Source: Takakia lepidozioides
Lineage: Eukaryota; Plantae; Bryophyta
Assembly (NCBI GenBank): GCA_030704615.1
Contig: CM060731.1
Span: 54,994,001 to 55,058,000 of the forward strand
Length of the DNA: 64,000 bases
Direction: 5' to 3'
Shown here: piece by piece, positions 25,691 through 39,124 of the stretch
Position numbering within the stretch: the first letter of the stretch is position 1
Layout: each line of letters begins with the position of its first letter
Notes under the pieces: model-generated
The model's database searches: none
What the model was told of the DNA's origin: nothing
Seen by the model: the letters and a program-made list of their open reading frames with translations, nothing else
Made by a program: the position numbers and the translations under genes

Positions 25691-27518
25691 AACAGCTGCT
25701 TTGCAGTTGGCCAATGAACATTTGATTGAAGCAGGCCTCGCGTAGGACCAGTTGCACGAAGCACGTAAGCAACAGCTATACCAAATGCAGGTGAAGCATG
25801 AGAACAAGTTGCAAGAAGTGAATGCACTACATACAGAGTTGTAGACAGTGCATGACAGGATGGCCATACAATTTGCTACACTCACAACTACGCTTGAGCA
25901 AATTACATTAGAAGTTAACAACCAAGCGGAAAGATGTATGAAGGCACAGACTGATAATCTCGAGCAGGCGAAACTCATTAGTGATATGAAGAATACAATC
26001 TGTCGCAACGAGAATACTTTCAAGCAATACAGGCAGGTTGAAGCTGACCAAGAGAGGTACATCCTGGAGTTGCAACAAACGCTCATGGTAAATAGAAATG
26101 AACTCTCTGTGGCTAACAAGGCTTGGAAGGAAGCCAATAATCTGGCTGCTGCGAGTTTGGTTGAACCTCATGCGAAGCGCATGGAGGCTTTACAACAGCA
26201 GATAGATGTGTACAGGCTCACAGAGGAGCAGGCTCACAGAGGAGCAGGCTCACAGAGGAGCAGACTCTCAGGGTGCCACAACCAACTTGGTGGATAATCA
26301 CCTTCTGCAGGTCTGGTTAGCACAAGGACCGGTGGAAGGCAAAGCACCACGGAAGCTCACCCAAGGCGAGATGAATGAGTTCAAGCTGCAGGTGCAGAAC
26401 ATTGCCACAACTACTATAGATAATGTCTATAGTAGGGGATCATTGGGTCTTACCTTCAGTGCCACCTCATATGTACCTCTATGATGCAAAGGTGATGATG
26501 CAAAAGGACTCCCAACTTCGTTCATGGTTTCATTCGGCTTGGAACAATTTGACAACACAGAAATTTGGCACTGAAGATATTTTCTTTAAGGGCCAAGAGG
26601 CATGGAAATACTTGCACTGTTCAAAAGTCATTGGCACACCACTCACCTATACGGACAAGGAGTTCAGGGTATTCACAAATTTTGCCATTAAGACCTTACA
26701 GCAAGTTATACGGTTTAAACTTCCAGACATGGTGGGAACACATTTGTATGCCCGAACGGATTCCAGTTAGAGTTCGACCATTAAAACACCTCAGGGGGGC
26801 GAGGATTCTGATACAACTGTTTCTTCAGCGGACTCTTTTGACATGGAAGAGGACTATGCAATTCAGATGGTAGAGAAGAAACGACAGGGATCTCCTATGC
26901 CTGAGAGGTTACCTCCATATCAGCCAAAAGAGGGACTGACATATCCAGGTAGTATTCAATCATCTCCATCAACCAGTGACAGGACTCGAGCTCGCACAAG
27001 GAGTCCTTCACGAGACTCTCAACGTCAGAAGGGTGCTTGCTAACAAAGGTTTCCCAATCCCAAACAGTAAACCGTGAGGACACGGCTTTTTGAGAAGGGG
27101 AGGGGTAAATGTTAGAGGGCTGCATAGGACTTAGACGCTTTTACGGGATCTGTGGGGTACCCTTAATTTTTACACAAACTGAGACCAACAGGATCCTTAG
27201 GGGTGACAGCAACAGGCTTTAGGGGGGAAGATACACAGCCCGACACAGTCCATCACAGCCAACACAGCCATCACAGCTTCGCACAACCAACAGAGCCTGT
27301 CACAGTCCAACACAGCCCGTCACAGCCTGTCACAGTCCGACACAGCCATCACAGCTTCGCACAGCCAACACAGCCCGTCATAGTCCGACACAGCCATCAC
27401 AACTTCGCACAGCCAGTCACAGCCTGACACAGCCGCCACAGCTTCGCACAGCCCTACACAGCCCGACACACCCAGTCACAGCCCGCCACAGCCTGATACA
27501 ACCAGTCATAGCTCGGCA
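25691..27518 (+). mobile_element. 3' part of another Gypsy copy: extra 3' ORF remnants, PPT (~27092-27106) and partial 3' LTR from 27110
   Basis: PPT GAGAAGGGGAGGGG precedes TGTTAGAGGG. ORFs 26423-26770 and 26843-27043 are homologous to the 429-aa ORF at 28614-29903. Confidence 0.85.
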
Positions 27519-30086
27519 TGTCGCGCGGCTTTTACTCACCCATCCCTTCGCTATCCGAGGCGGAAACTCCAAGATAGAAGAGTTGGAAATCTCTAAGTAC
27601 TCAGCCCGCTCAGAACAATCAGTCATGACCTACAGCTAGTGTATCATGGGGGTGTTTCCTATTTGTTTTCCTTCCCGCATTCATGTTAGCTAGTTACCTT
27701 ACTGCTGGTAATTAAGTATCAGTTTGCTTCATCAATTTATCGGATTCCATCAACTCATCCATTCATTCCACAGCTTCACTCAGATCTCTCTACACAGTGT
27801 GAGTATGAAGTGTGTATCAGATTAATATCTATCAAGTATCAGGCTGAAGCCATGGAGTCTCTAATCTGCTCTACATTACAATTATACTGCCTGCATTCAT
27901 TAAGCATCAACAGCTCCTCCTCCTACTCCGTGTTCTCCATCTTTCTGCTCAGAGATACGCTCTCTCCTCCTTTCCCCTAGTGATGTCCGAAGTCTTCTCC
28001 CAAGAAGTGCTTCCAAGAATGATCCCCCTTTCAGTCCTTGCTTCTTGCTTTATCTTCCTACCCGTTGTTCTAACCGTTTCCCTTACTAACCGTCGTCCGT
28101 GAACTAACATGTTCCATTCGCAGGTGTTGTTCCCCACAGTCGTTCCCTGTCCGGCTATCCGTTCCCTATGGTCGTGACAGCTGTGTCAAGCTGTGACTGG
28201 CTGTGTGAAACTGTGACCGGCTGTGACCGGCTGTGTCGGGCTGTGACTGGCTGTGCGACTGTGTTTGGCTGTGTCGGGCTGTGACGGGCTGTGTTGGTTG
28301 TGATGGGCTGTGTCGGGCTGTGACGAGCTGTGTTGACTGTGTCTGGCTGTGTCGGCTGTGTTGGCTGTGTTGGCTGTGACGGGCTGTGTCGGGCTGTGAC
28401 GAGCTGTGTTGACTGTGATGGGCTATGTTGGCTGTGACGGGCTGTGTCACCCCCCCCCCCCCCTAAAGTGCGTTGCTGTCACCCCTAAGGTTCCTGTTGG
28501 TCTCAGTCTGTGCAAAAATTAAGGGTACCCCACAGATCCCGTATAAGTGTCTAAGTCCCAGACAGTCCTCTAACATTACCCCTTCCCCTCTCAAAAAGCC
28601 GTGTCCTCACGGTTTACTGATTGGGATTAGCAAACCTTTGTGAGCGAGCACCTTTCTGACGTTGAGAGTTTCGTGGCGGACTGTGTGTACGAGCCCGAGG
28701 TCTGTCACTGGTTGACGGAGATGATTGAACACTACCTGGATATGTGAGGCCCTCTGGAGGCTGATATCGAGGTAACCTTTCAGGCATAGGAGACCCCCGT
28801 TTCTTCTTTTCTGCCATCTGAATTGCATAGTCTTCTCCCATGTCAAAAGAGTCCGCTGAAGAAACAGTTGTATCAGAATCCTCATCGCCTCTCAGGTGTT
28901 TTAATTGTCGAACTTTTTGTGGAATCCTCTGGGGCATACAATGTTGTCCTACCATGTCTGGAAGTTTATATTTTAAAACTTGCTGTAAACGCTGAATGGC
29001 AAAATTGGTGAAGACCCTGAGCTCCTTTTTTGTCCAGGTGAGTGGGGTACCAATGACTTGTGAATTGTGCAAGTATTTCCATGCCACATGTCCCTTATAG
29101 AAAATATCATCAATGCCAAATTTCTGTGTTGACAAATTGTTCCAAGCCGCATGAAACCATGAACGAATTTGAGAATCCTTTTGTATCATAACTTTTGCCT
29201 CATATAGGTACATATGAGGTGGCACCAAAGGTAAGACCCAATGATCCCCACTGGAATAACTCAGAAAGCGCGATAACATCTTGTGCTGCTCAATGTGATA
29301 ACGTACCAAAAAACAAGCAGCATAGTATAACCCGCATCCCATGACAATACTTGCGACCTCCTTGGTCTTGGTATAAATGAATCCATGTACAACTTGGAAA
29401 GCAATTAATTCCTTCAACATGGTACCTGCCTCATGCCAGTACTGTGCAAAGTGATGATCCTCAATTGGTCGATTGTTCGGAAGAACTTTAGTCCTAGTTG
29501 CCACTGGCAGCCATATGCGCATGATTTGATAGTAATGTGCGAATGACTGCGGAGGACTAAATTCTTTCCAAACCAAATCCAACACAATGGGAATTTGGTT
29601 GAAGGGCATAATCATAGCCCTACTGTACTCCCTTGCAGCTAGAGTTTTAGGTGGGTTAAAAGCAGCATTGCCCCATACGTCAGGCTGTGGTGGCTGTGGT
29701 GTGGCTGTAGTAACAACAGGGTCAGCTACTGGCACAGTGACTTGTTGTGGTGTTGGTGGCACTGGCTCTTGTATCATTGGCATCTCCTGCACCTGCTGTG
29801 AAGAAGATTGAAAAACCAAAGTTCTGGCTTGTAAATAAGAAGCCATTAGCTGTTCCTCAGGTATATAGACTCTTTTGTCAATATCTGAAGTTAGGTCTTC
29901 CACTTGAGTCTGCAGTCCGTCTACATCCTCCTGTAACTCCGCTATCCTACTATAGATATTGTCTATAGTAGTTGTGGCAATGTTCTACACTTGCAGTTTG
30001 AGCTCATTCATCTCGCTTTGGGTGAGCTTTCGTGGTGCTTTGCCCTCCACTGGCCCTTGTGCTAACCAGACCTGCATAAGGTGGTT
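27519..30086 (-). mobile_element. 3' part of a minus-strand Gypsy copy: 3' LTR (28575-27519), PPT (~28578-28592) and extra 3' ORF
   Basis: A full LTR is inserted inside the LTR that starts at 27110; the minus-strand PPT GAGAGGGGAAGGGG abuts the LTR. Confidence 0.88.
28614..29903 (-). CDS. Gypsy-encoded extra 3' ORF (429 aa open), unknown function, in env-like position
   Basis: Long open frame that ends ~20 nt before the PPT. The frame continues upstream past one TAG (~29985) to ~30086, and a homologue is present in the plus-strand copy. Confidence 0.7.
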   Translation of the reverse strand: MEDLTSDIDKRVYIPEEQLMASYLQARTLVFQSSSQQVQEMPMIQEPVPPTPQQVTVPVADPVVTTATPQPPQPDVWGNAAFNPPKTLAAREYSRAMIMPFNQIPIVLDLVWKEFSPPQSFAHYYQIMRIWLPVATRTKVLPNNRPIEDHHFAQYWHEAGTMLKELIAFQVVHGFIYTKTKEVASIVMGCGLYYAACFLVRYHIEQHKMLSRFLSYSSGDHWVLPLVPPHMYLYEAKVMIQKDSQIRSWFHAAWNNLSTQKFGIDDIFYKGHVAWKYLHNSQVIGTPLTWTKKELRVFTNFAIQRLQQVLKYKLPDMVGQHCMPQRIPQKVRQLKHLRGDEDSDTTVSSADSFDMGEDYAIQMAEKKKRGSPMPERLPRYQPPEGLTYPGSVQSSPSTSDRPRARTHSPPRNSQRQKGARSQRFANPNQ

Positions 30087-30627
30087 TGTAGTGTGAAAAG
30101 AAGGGGCGTGAATCCCCTTCTGGTTAATCCTAAATCTGTACTCCTCCTACTCGTCCCTGTTGAAGTATCAGGGCAAAGGAAAGGAGCGTTCTCTTTTCTG
30201 TCCAACCATCGTCATGAGGCTATATGGGTTTTTCCTTCAGGTTCGTTCGTGATCAGAGTTTGCGGAATCCTCATCCACGCCGCAGCGGAAGAGAAGACAT
30301 GGATGGGAGTCTTTGGTTTGTTCTTGCCCTCGGTTCTACTTCTATGCAACAGCCTGGCCCTATGCTCACTGCGCCAACAGTGTTGGCGTGATCTTTTATG
30401 TGATGCAAGCAGCCCAATGGCAGCGGTGAATACGACCCTTAATGTGAACCCCCTTGAGCAGTGACATGTCGGAAATCCTTTTTTGTAATGGTGACACAGA
30501 TTTAGAGGGAGACAGCTCAGATCTTCATAAACTGCAGGGGCACTGGTTTTCCTTCAGGATTCATGCTTTCTTCATCTCAATCTCCCCAAGTTGGCCATCC
30601 CCCCATCAACCCTTTTTGCTGAGCAGC

Positions 30628-30629
<2 letters not shown>

Positions 30630-30677
<48 letters not shown>

Positions 30678-30844
30678 CCTTTTCTCGTCTGTTTCTCTAT
30701 CTCTGTCTATGTCTACAGGCTCCTTACTTCTTCACATACAGCCCATCTATCACGTAATGCAAATGCACACTCCGCCAGGCATCCAGTGCAGCCAGCCATG
30801 AAGTCATCCTTGGTCTCACAAGGCAAAACCATCCCTTTCATCAG

Positions 30845-30875
<31 letters not shown>
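30630..30875. repeat. (TC)n microsatellites (~30630-30674 and ~30845-30874)
   Basis: Read directly from the sequence. Confidence 0.95.
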
Positions 30876-33496
30876 CGTCAATACTCAACCCTTCACACTA
30901 CCCCTTTCTTTTAAAAGATCCCATTTCCCAAAACAGCTCTCATCCCTTCTTCAGATTCAACCTGAATACCCAACATCTCTCTTTTCCTTTCAACAAAAGG
31001 GCTTAAGTCGTTCATATCCTGATACAATGCTGAAATCACACCTTATCCCTTTTGTGTTTTCATACAGTTCCAGCTAACCCTCAGTTATCTCTCCAAGCAA
31101 ACAAGCTATATCTACATTGGGTCCAGTGTATCACTACCCCCCCCCCGCAGCATTGTGTGCAGGTTTACAACACTGAAACAAGAACAAGAATGAAGACAAC
31201 AGTGACCATTCTGTTTTCTGTGACAACAGTCTCTCTCTCTCTCTCTTCACTCATTTTTCTTACTGACACTACGACGGCAGGTGTATCCATTCCTTCCATG
31301 TTCTGGTTTGAAGTCCAGAGTCTCCATTCCATTTCCAAAAACCTTTCCTCTATCACATGTCTCCACCCTTTCCTTTCAACAACCAGGGCAGTCCTAAATC
31401 TACCAAAAGCGATTTCTAAGTCCACCCCCAAGAAGAAGCCCACAGTCTACCAACTTATCTGTTTTTATCCTCCAGTGAAGCGGTGGGTCAGCCTGCCGAG
31501 ATGGCACCTCACCATCGCCTGTCAGCAGCCACCACAACCTTTTCTCCTTGTCTTGATTCCAGAGTTTATCATGCCATGATGTCTCCTCATCATCCTATGG
31601 AGCATCCTGTGGTTTGCCAACTAAATTGCTCTATTCTTCTATGCATGTAGCTCTTTAAGAACTGAAATGGACCTATAGCAAGAAGACAAAAAGGCAGCTA
31701 GAAGCCTGATTACAGATAACCTGTGTTGCCATCCAGCCAGCACTCCACATGCCTTATCGCCTCCATTGATTGTGCTCAGATTCTCTTCCTTGTGCTTCTG
31801 GCAGGTGGCCGCTCTCCTTGCTTGCTCATCTGCCCATAACTGTCATCTTCAAGACAGTGGCAGCAGCGGTGGTGCGCCGCTCTCCTTACATGCTCCTATC
31901 TCCATGAATTGATCATCACAACGAGAAAGACGGCACCGCTTCCCTTTACACAGAATACCAAGCAGAGGCACTTAATGCTGCCCTCTAAACCAAGCGAAGT
32001 CCCACAGCGCAGGTACAACCTCTCAACACAGCCGTTTCCCTTGCATGCTCATCCTCCCATGATCATGTTCATCAAGGCAATGGCGGCTCTGGTGGTTGCA
32101 CAAGATTAGTGACAGCACCGCCTCCCTTCATCTGGCTTGAGCACAACTCTTCCAAGCTGTTCCCTGCACGATCATCCTCCAGCAAGCCCTAAGCTACCCA
32201 TTCACCATAGCAGCGACGGCACCGCCTGTTAACTGATTGCTCCATCGCATGCCACACCGATCTCCCTGTAAGCATATCCTCCAGAAATTGATCATTACCA
32301 AGAAGATGGCGGCACCGCTTCCCCTGCTGCACAGATTACCAAGCTGTGCCCTTATACTCTAAATTAACACTTCTCTTGATGCAAGCCAGAATGCCCCAGT
32401 GTAGATGCAATCGCCCTTGACACAATGCCCTGCCAATTCCACTGTTCGCAGCATCTGCTCAGAGCGCCCGTCATCTTCCCCTTCGTCTTCCTTGTCCCGC
32501 ATTTCTAGGGTAATCACCAGTGATGAAAGTCATCCATTTTCACGAACGGAAAATGTGCTAGGTTTCATTTACAGAGTTAATTACAAATTCATTGCATCCT
32601 TGGCACAGGATCCTTTGTCCTCGTTCCTGGGAGTCATCCAGAGAGCATGGATGTAATCCATTCATCCTCCGGATGAAAATACGTCCTGGTCACGACTTAG
32701 CCACTTTCATCCTGGCAAAGTATCAGCATAGTGTGCCCATGAAATAACCTGTCGGCAGGGATGAATTCCGCCCATAGCATGTACAAAATAAATTGAGCAT
32801 CTTCATCCTGGCCAATAGTCCCCCATCGTTCCCATGATGTAACCAAGAAACATGTATAGAATAAATTGCAGGGACAACTCAACCTATTTTCACATTGGTA
32901 CCGGGGCCCTTCCTTTGTAGCAATGCATAATCTCAGTGGGTAAAACAAAAATTTAATGTCACTCCACACTACAATTGTGATTGAGGAAGAAACCACCGAG
33001 GACGGTGGTAGCTAAAGAAATGGAGAACTCTACAGCTGTAGGGTAAAATCTCGTGGTGCAAAATTTTGGCTAAGTGTTGGGATGTCGGGAGGAAGCTGAA
33101 ACTTGGATGAAGAGGGGATGAATGCAGGTAACGAAAGGATGATGAAGGTACATAGGAGGTACATCCAGTTGGAGTTGCGTGACAAGTCCGTTGTTCTTGC
33201 AATATGCCAATTAGCAGTGGACACTGAAGTCTCCAACACTGGTTTTCCGTACTGATGTGGAACACCGTTGTAGTCGGGAGGTGCCATGTCATCCTCCTCA
33301 TCCACGTCCTCCACATGCACTCGGGAGCCACCTGCGCCTGAAGCCCGCCTCAGTCCAGTCCGCAGGTTCATATCAAACCACCATGAATGCTGATCCTCAT
33401 CCTCATCCAGATTGTGGATGAATATCTTCCTCTTTGTTGTGCGTGTGAGAAGGTCACCTTCCAAGCCGTCCGCATGGTTATGCAGGATTAAAACCT

Positions 33497-35952
33497 GAAT
33501 TACAAAAGAAAGTGGACATGCTACCCCATAATAGATTGGAAGAGGCATTTGAAACAGCCAACAGAATTGAGCAATTGGGGATGCTCAGAAGAGAGAAAAT
33601 GGATGATGAGGACTCTGAAGAGGAGTCAGATGCAAGAGCTCAAAAGGAAGAGTAAGAAGAAGGAAAAGTTGAAGAGGGAAAACTATGAGAAAAGGCTGGA
33701 AGAGATCTTGAAGAAGTATGCCACAGAGGCTGCAACACATTGGAGGAAGGGTGTTTGGTGTGCAAAATGCCAGAATGAAGGCCATACCACAGCTGAGAAA
33801 CATTGTACTATCTGTAAAATGGATAACCATTCTACTGAGAATTGATACTACAACAAAAGAACAACTGCAAGAGAACCTATGCAAGTAAGGGTGCATCAAG
33901 TGCAGCCCCAGCCAAGAAGAAACAATGATCAGGACCATTATGGAAGGCTTGGTGGTTATAACAATGGTATGGAGGGGAGAGGTAATCCAAGAGGAATTAC
34001 CAAGGCAATCCCAGGGGCAACTATCAGGGTAATCCAAGGGGGAATTACCAGCCAGGGAATCAAGATTATAGAAATAATCCCAGAGCAGATCAAGGGCGAG
34101 GACCCAATGGTGAAGAACTGTGTTACTATTGTAATCAGGCAGGACATCGCAAGGCAGCCTGTTCATTCTGGATTAGACACCAGAATGAGATGAGAGCTCC
34201 TGTGAATGAGGGCCCAGTGGTGGCAGCTCACATGGTTAGGCCATGTGTTGTACGAGAAGTAAGTACAATGATAGTAACCAGAAGCAAAGCTAAATTAATA
34301 CCTCCAATAGATGAGGAAGATGATGATAATGAAGATGGCAGTGATGTGCCTGAAGATGATGAGGCTTGGAGAGATGAGAAGGAACTGCACAAGAAAGTGG
34401 CTGATACCATAAGGGAAATACAAAAGAGTACTGATATCCCTATGGCAGATTCCTCTGATTCTGGAAGAGAAGAAGAGGAGAGTGAAGATGAAGTGAAGAA
34501 AGAAGCTGCACAAGTGCAGGGTAATGAAGGGACTTTGGCTGAAGTAATATGCCAAACCAAAGCTGAGATTACCATTGGACAGCTATTGGCTGTGGCACCT
34601 CATTGTAGGCACAGGCTGTATCAAGCAATCAATCAGATTGCCCATGTGACAGAGAACATAGGCATGAACAGCAGGGTGACCAGTTATAATATGAAGCCGG
34701 AAGGGCGAGAAACAGTCATGGACTTTGATGATTCTATGCAAGTAATCCAATTGAGAATTGGAAGCACAGACCTGACTGATGTACTGATAGATGGAGGTTC
34801 TGGAGTGAATATCATGATAGACCAATTAAGGCTGAAGCTTGGTCTAAGTAACATGAAACCAGCCCCATTCAAAATAACAATGGCAGATCAAAGAAGTGTT
34901 CAGCCATTAGGCTTGATAAGAGGAGTCAAGATACAGATTCAAAAGATGATTTTTAAGATCACAGTGACTGTATCGAAAATTGATGATGTCATGGAAGCTT
35001 ACTCCTTATTGCTAGGTCGACCATGGCTGAAACAGGCCAGGGTATTCTATGACAAGAATTCCCAGTTGCTAAATGTGCATGATGGGAAGCGCAAGATACA
35101 AATCACCACTAAGAAATCTAGTAGACTACCTGCTACGAGAAGACCTCGAGGAGTCAGAGAATATGACTGGAGAAAAAGACTTGATGAGGAGCAGGAAGCT
35201 ACCCTGTTTGCTGCACACCCAGAGTGGGAGCATGTTGCAGAAATGCAACTGGAAGGCCTAAGTTGTTTAAAATGTATCTGCTATGGTGTAGTAACAGCAA
35301 CACCAATTGAAGGTGAAACAAGCAGTTGCCCACCACATTTCTATGAGGAAAGAGAGGGAGAAATGGAAATCCTAGAAGAACTAGCCACTGTAAGTTTACA
35401 GGATGAAGTAGTGAGAGAAGTGAATGTAGGAACTGAGGAGGAACCGAGAATGGTGAAAGTGGGGGCTGACTTGGAGCCAGAATTCTTTGAGGAAGCCAAG
35501 AGTCTGTTCGTCAAATACAGAGATGTATTTGTGTGGAGCTATGAGGATCTGAAAGGGATACCACCTGAGATCTGTCAGCATAAGATTGAACTGGAACCAG
35601 GGTCAGTACCAATCAAACATGCAAGGTACAGAATGAATCCCAACTATGCACAGAAGGTTGGGGAGGAGATCAAGAAGTTGGCTGAGGCTAAGTTCATATA
35701 CCCGATAGAGTATACAACATGGTTGTCACCCATTGTGATAGTTCCCAAAAAGAATGGTAAACTGAGAGTCTGTGTGAACTATAAGAAGTTGAATGCTTGT
35801 ACAAAGAAAGATCCCTTCCCGTTGCCATTCACAGAAGCGGTGCTGGACACTGTGGCAGGCCATGAGATGTACTCATTCATGGATTGCTTCAGTGGGTATA
35901 ACCAAGTGCAAGTGGCAGAAGAAGACCAGGGAAAGACAGCTTTCATCATGAC
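33497..35952 (+). mobile_element. Gypsy fragment of the same family: gag C-terminus, protease and RT N-terminus (ORF 34190-35962)
   Basis: CAKCQNEGH, LIDGGSGVNIM, WLSPIVIVPKKNGKLRVCVNY, YSFMDCFSGYNQ...KTAF; truncated at ~35952. Confidence 0.9.
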
Positions 35953-36109
35953 TAACGGATGAACTAAGGCAGTAGAATACTGTTGTAGTTCATCCAATTG
36001 GATGATAAGGAGTAGTTGGCAGACTCCGCATAGATAGAAGGCACAAGTGGTATCGACGTGCAAGTAGGCCGAGAGGGGGAGGAATACCCGCGGTCTACTA
36101 AATAAACAC

Positions 36110-36256
36110 ATGGGCTAGCCATGAAATCAGCGAATAATCAACGCACCGTTCGGAGTGGATGAGGCAACCAAAAGTAGATTTAATGGGCTAGCCATGAAAT
36201 CAGCGATGACTCAACGCACCGTTCGGAGTGGATGAGGCAACCAAAAGTAGATTTAA
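36110..36256. repeat. Tandem duplication of ~73 bp
   Basis: ATGGGCTAGCCATGAAATCAGCGA...GGCAACCAAAAGTAGATTTAA occurs twice in tandem. Confidence 0.85.
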
Positions 36257-38054
36257 ACAGCGGTAGTGGAAAACGGAGGAGGCCTTTTGGTGAGGAAAAA
36301 AGTAAGAGCTCGGTGTGAGCAGGGAGGATGGTGAACCATCAGGGCAGAACTGATTGTATCCGCTGAGGCCAGTAGTAAAGAGGAGTTGCAATCATGTGAA
36401 TCTCTACAAGTGTTCAGTGGCATGGTGTTGTGAGCTCTGATGAGAATTTAACAAATTGCATATGGCATGTGTAGCTTTCAGTCTTGGGAATTGGTCCTTT
36501 AGATGTCATGATACCCCAAGTAGTTATGAGAGTGTAGCTTGATCAGATTCTGAGGACTTTTGGGAGCTCAATTGCAGCAAATCCAGACCTGATTAGAGCA
36601 GTAGCCCAGGTTGCACTATTTGCATGCTTGTAGTGAATTAATGTGGCAAGTAAATTCTTTTATGAGAGTGCTGGTCCTCATGATCTAAGTAGTTGGAATT
36701 CATGAGTAACCCAGGAAACCTAGCATAAGTACAAAGCATTCCCAACAGCCTGTTTCAAATCCAGCAAGAGAGAGATAGACATTCTACATAAGTGTCGTTA
36801 GTATTCAGGGAGGTGACGGTGCAAAGGAAATTATGGAGCAGAAATTCATGAGGTGCCACCTACATGCGAACCACCGGGGTGCAGCACACGAGGAGTACAC
36901 TGACTGACCAGCCAAGGGGGCGTGCCGTGACAGAAAATGTCGGATCAGAGTTACCAACCACGCTGGTGTTTATACCTTCCAATGGGCAGCCAAACAATCA
37001 GAAAACAAAAATAAATAAATAAAAAGAAATAAGAGATATTGCTAAGAGTAGACGCATTTGATTCTAGGACAAGATGCTCAATGACATAAGTGATATGTTC
37101 TCTTCCGCTGCCATATCATTTATGTCATCAGACTGACCAGAATTGTGAGTGCACACAAGTTTTGCAGGGCCCTTCTTTTTACTCTACAAGAAATTGGTGA
37201 AGACTTGTTGGCGATGGCTAATGATGTCCTCCTCAAGGGGATCATGCCCTCTCAACTCTTATTACGCGGATTCATTAAAAAAAAGACAGAGACTTGATTA
37301 CCAATTATAGGCTTATTACTTTGTTGAATACTACCTACAAAATTATTGCCAAAGCTCTTGCCTTGCGCCTTCAGCCTCTTCTTCCGAAGGTAATCCGCCC
37401 GGAGCTGACCAGTTTTCTCAAACACCGTATGATTCTTGACAATGTCCTCCTAGCCAACAAAGCCCTCCATCATGCCTATTCCTCTAATCAGCCATTAGCT
37501 ATGCTAATGCTTGACTTTGAAAAGGCCTTTGACAACATAAATTGGTCCTTCTTTATTGAAGCTTTGCAAGAAACAGGTTTATCTGGCAATTTCATATCTT
37601 GGATTCGCATTCTTCTCACCTCTGGTTCTAGTTCCTCTGGTTCTATGAATGGTGCCTCATCTTACTCCTTCCCGCTCCATAGATGAGTTTGGCAACGTTG
37701 CCTACTGGCTCCTTTCTTGTTCCTCATTGTAGCAGATGGTTTGGGTCATGTGTTGGAATCGTGATCTGATTGGGCCTAAAAGTTCCTAGATCTACCCCCC
37801 TCTTTCTCCATCAAGTCTTCTCTCTATGCTGATGACACGGTTCTGCTTATTGACAACAACAGTTCAACCAATGTCTCTTGCTCGCTTCAGGCTCTCTCTT
37901 CCTTCTGCGCAGCTTCTGGCCTTTATGTTAACTGGCGTAAATCAGTTGGTCTTTTATCTTACTTAAAAGACCCTTCTGCTGCATCCCATTGTGATCACTG
38001 GGGCGACGATCTTGGCTTGCTGATGGTCACTCTAATACATTGCTGGGATATCTA

Positions 38055-38711
38055 GAGAGCTCCTATTCTGTCAGTTACCAACGCAATTCCATCAGTGATG
38101 AAGGTCAACGAAGGTGAACAAGAACATTTCAATCTGCCCAATGAACCTGCCCGGAAAAAAATAAATTTTAGAGTTTGAAATTGAATATAAGATCACATTC
38201 CAAAAAGCGAAAAGTACCTTATACAAGGACAGAAGAGTCACCTTCGTTCAACTTAGATCCAACAAATACATATATTTTTCACCAGTATCCTTGGACATTT
38301 CCGTAGCATACGATAATCCAAGCTAGAGATTAAAATGGCTCAAAACATGCAGAATTCTTCCACGTTAGAAGTCCATATCTCATGTTGGTTTTTTTTTGTT
38401 TTTTTGTTTTTTTTTCCCCCGACATCCATTTATTTCGTTTTTACCTTTATGTTCTCCCGCTCAGCCTCCACCTTCGGCAGCCAAAGGTGGTGTGTCAGTA
38501 CAATCCCGTGTCATTTTTCATTATTGTTTCTTACAAATCCAAGTATACAATTACGGGCAGCCCAAGAAAAAATATTATATTGCCACGTGGCCGTCGTTTC
38601 TGCATCCACGTCACACTGATGGCTGATGACTGATGGCTGATAGCTGATAGAATAGCAAATCCCGGACATCTGATTGGCCATGACCTCTCGGATTTACAAA
38701 GATGCTCCGCG
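38055..38711. mobile_element. 657-bp insertion in the L1, with 10-bp TSD and no clear TIR
   Basis: GGGATATCTA at 38045-38054 and 38712-38721; L1-like coding sequence resumes afterwards. Confidence 0.55.
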
Positions 38712-39124
38712 GGGATATCTAACCTTAAAAGAAAATTTGTTCATTGGAACTCTATCCACCTTTCCATCGCTAGCCATGCTCTGGTTGTTAACCAAATTCT
38801 GCTGGCCTCAACTTGGTTTAGCTCATTGGTCTAGTCTCCTGGCTCTGTGATAATCAAATAGATCAAAGATCTGGTCAGAAACTTCCTTTGGGGGGCTCCC
38901 CCCTCAACGCCTAATCGGAGGCCTCTGGTTAGCTGGTCACAACCATGGAGGCTTAGGCATCATTGATCTTGAAGCTCAAATCTTAGCTTTGTTGGCGAAA
39001 TGGGTGCCTCACTCTCTTACTTATGTTACCAGCCCCTAGAGTTTACTCATTCGGGAGCATATTATCTCTACTGTACCAGCCTCCTTTGACATTTGGCCTA
39101 TCTCCCTCAACAACGACGCAACGG

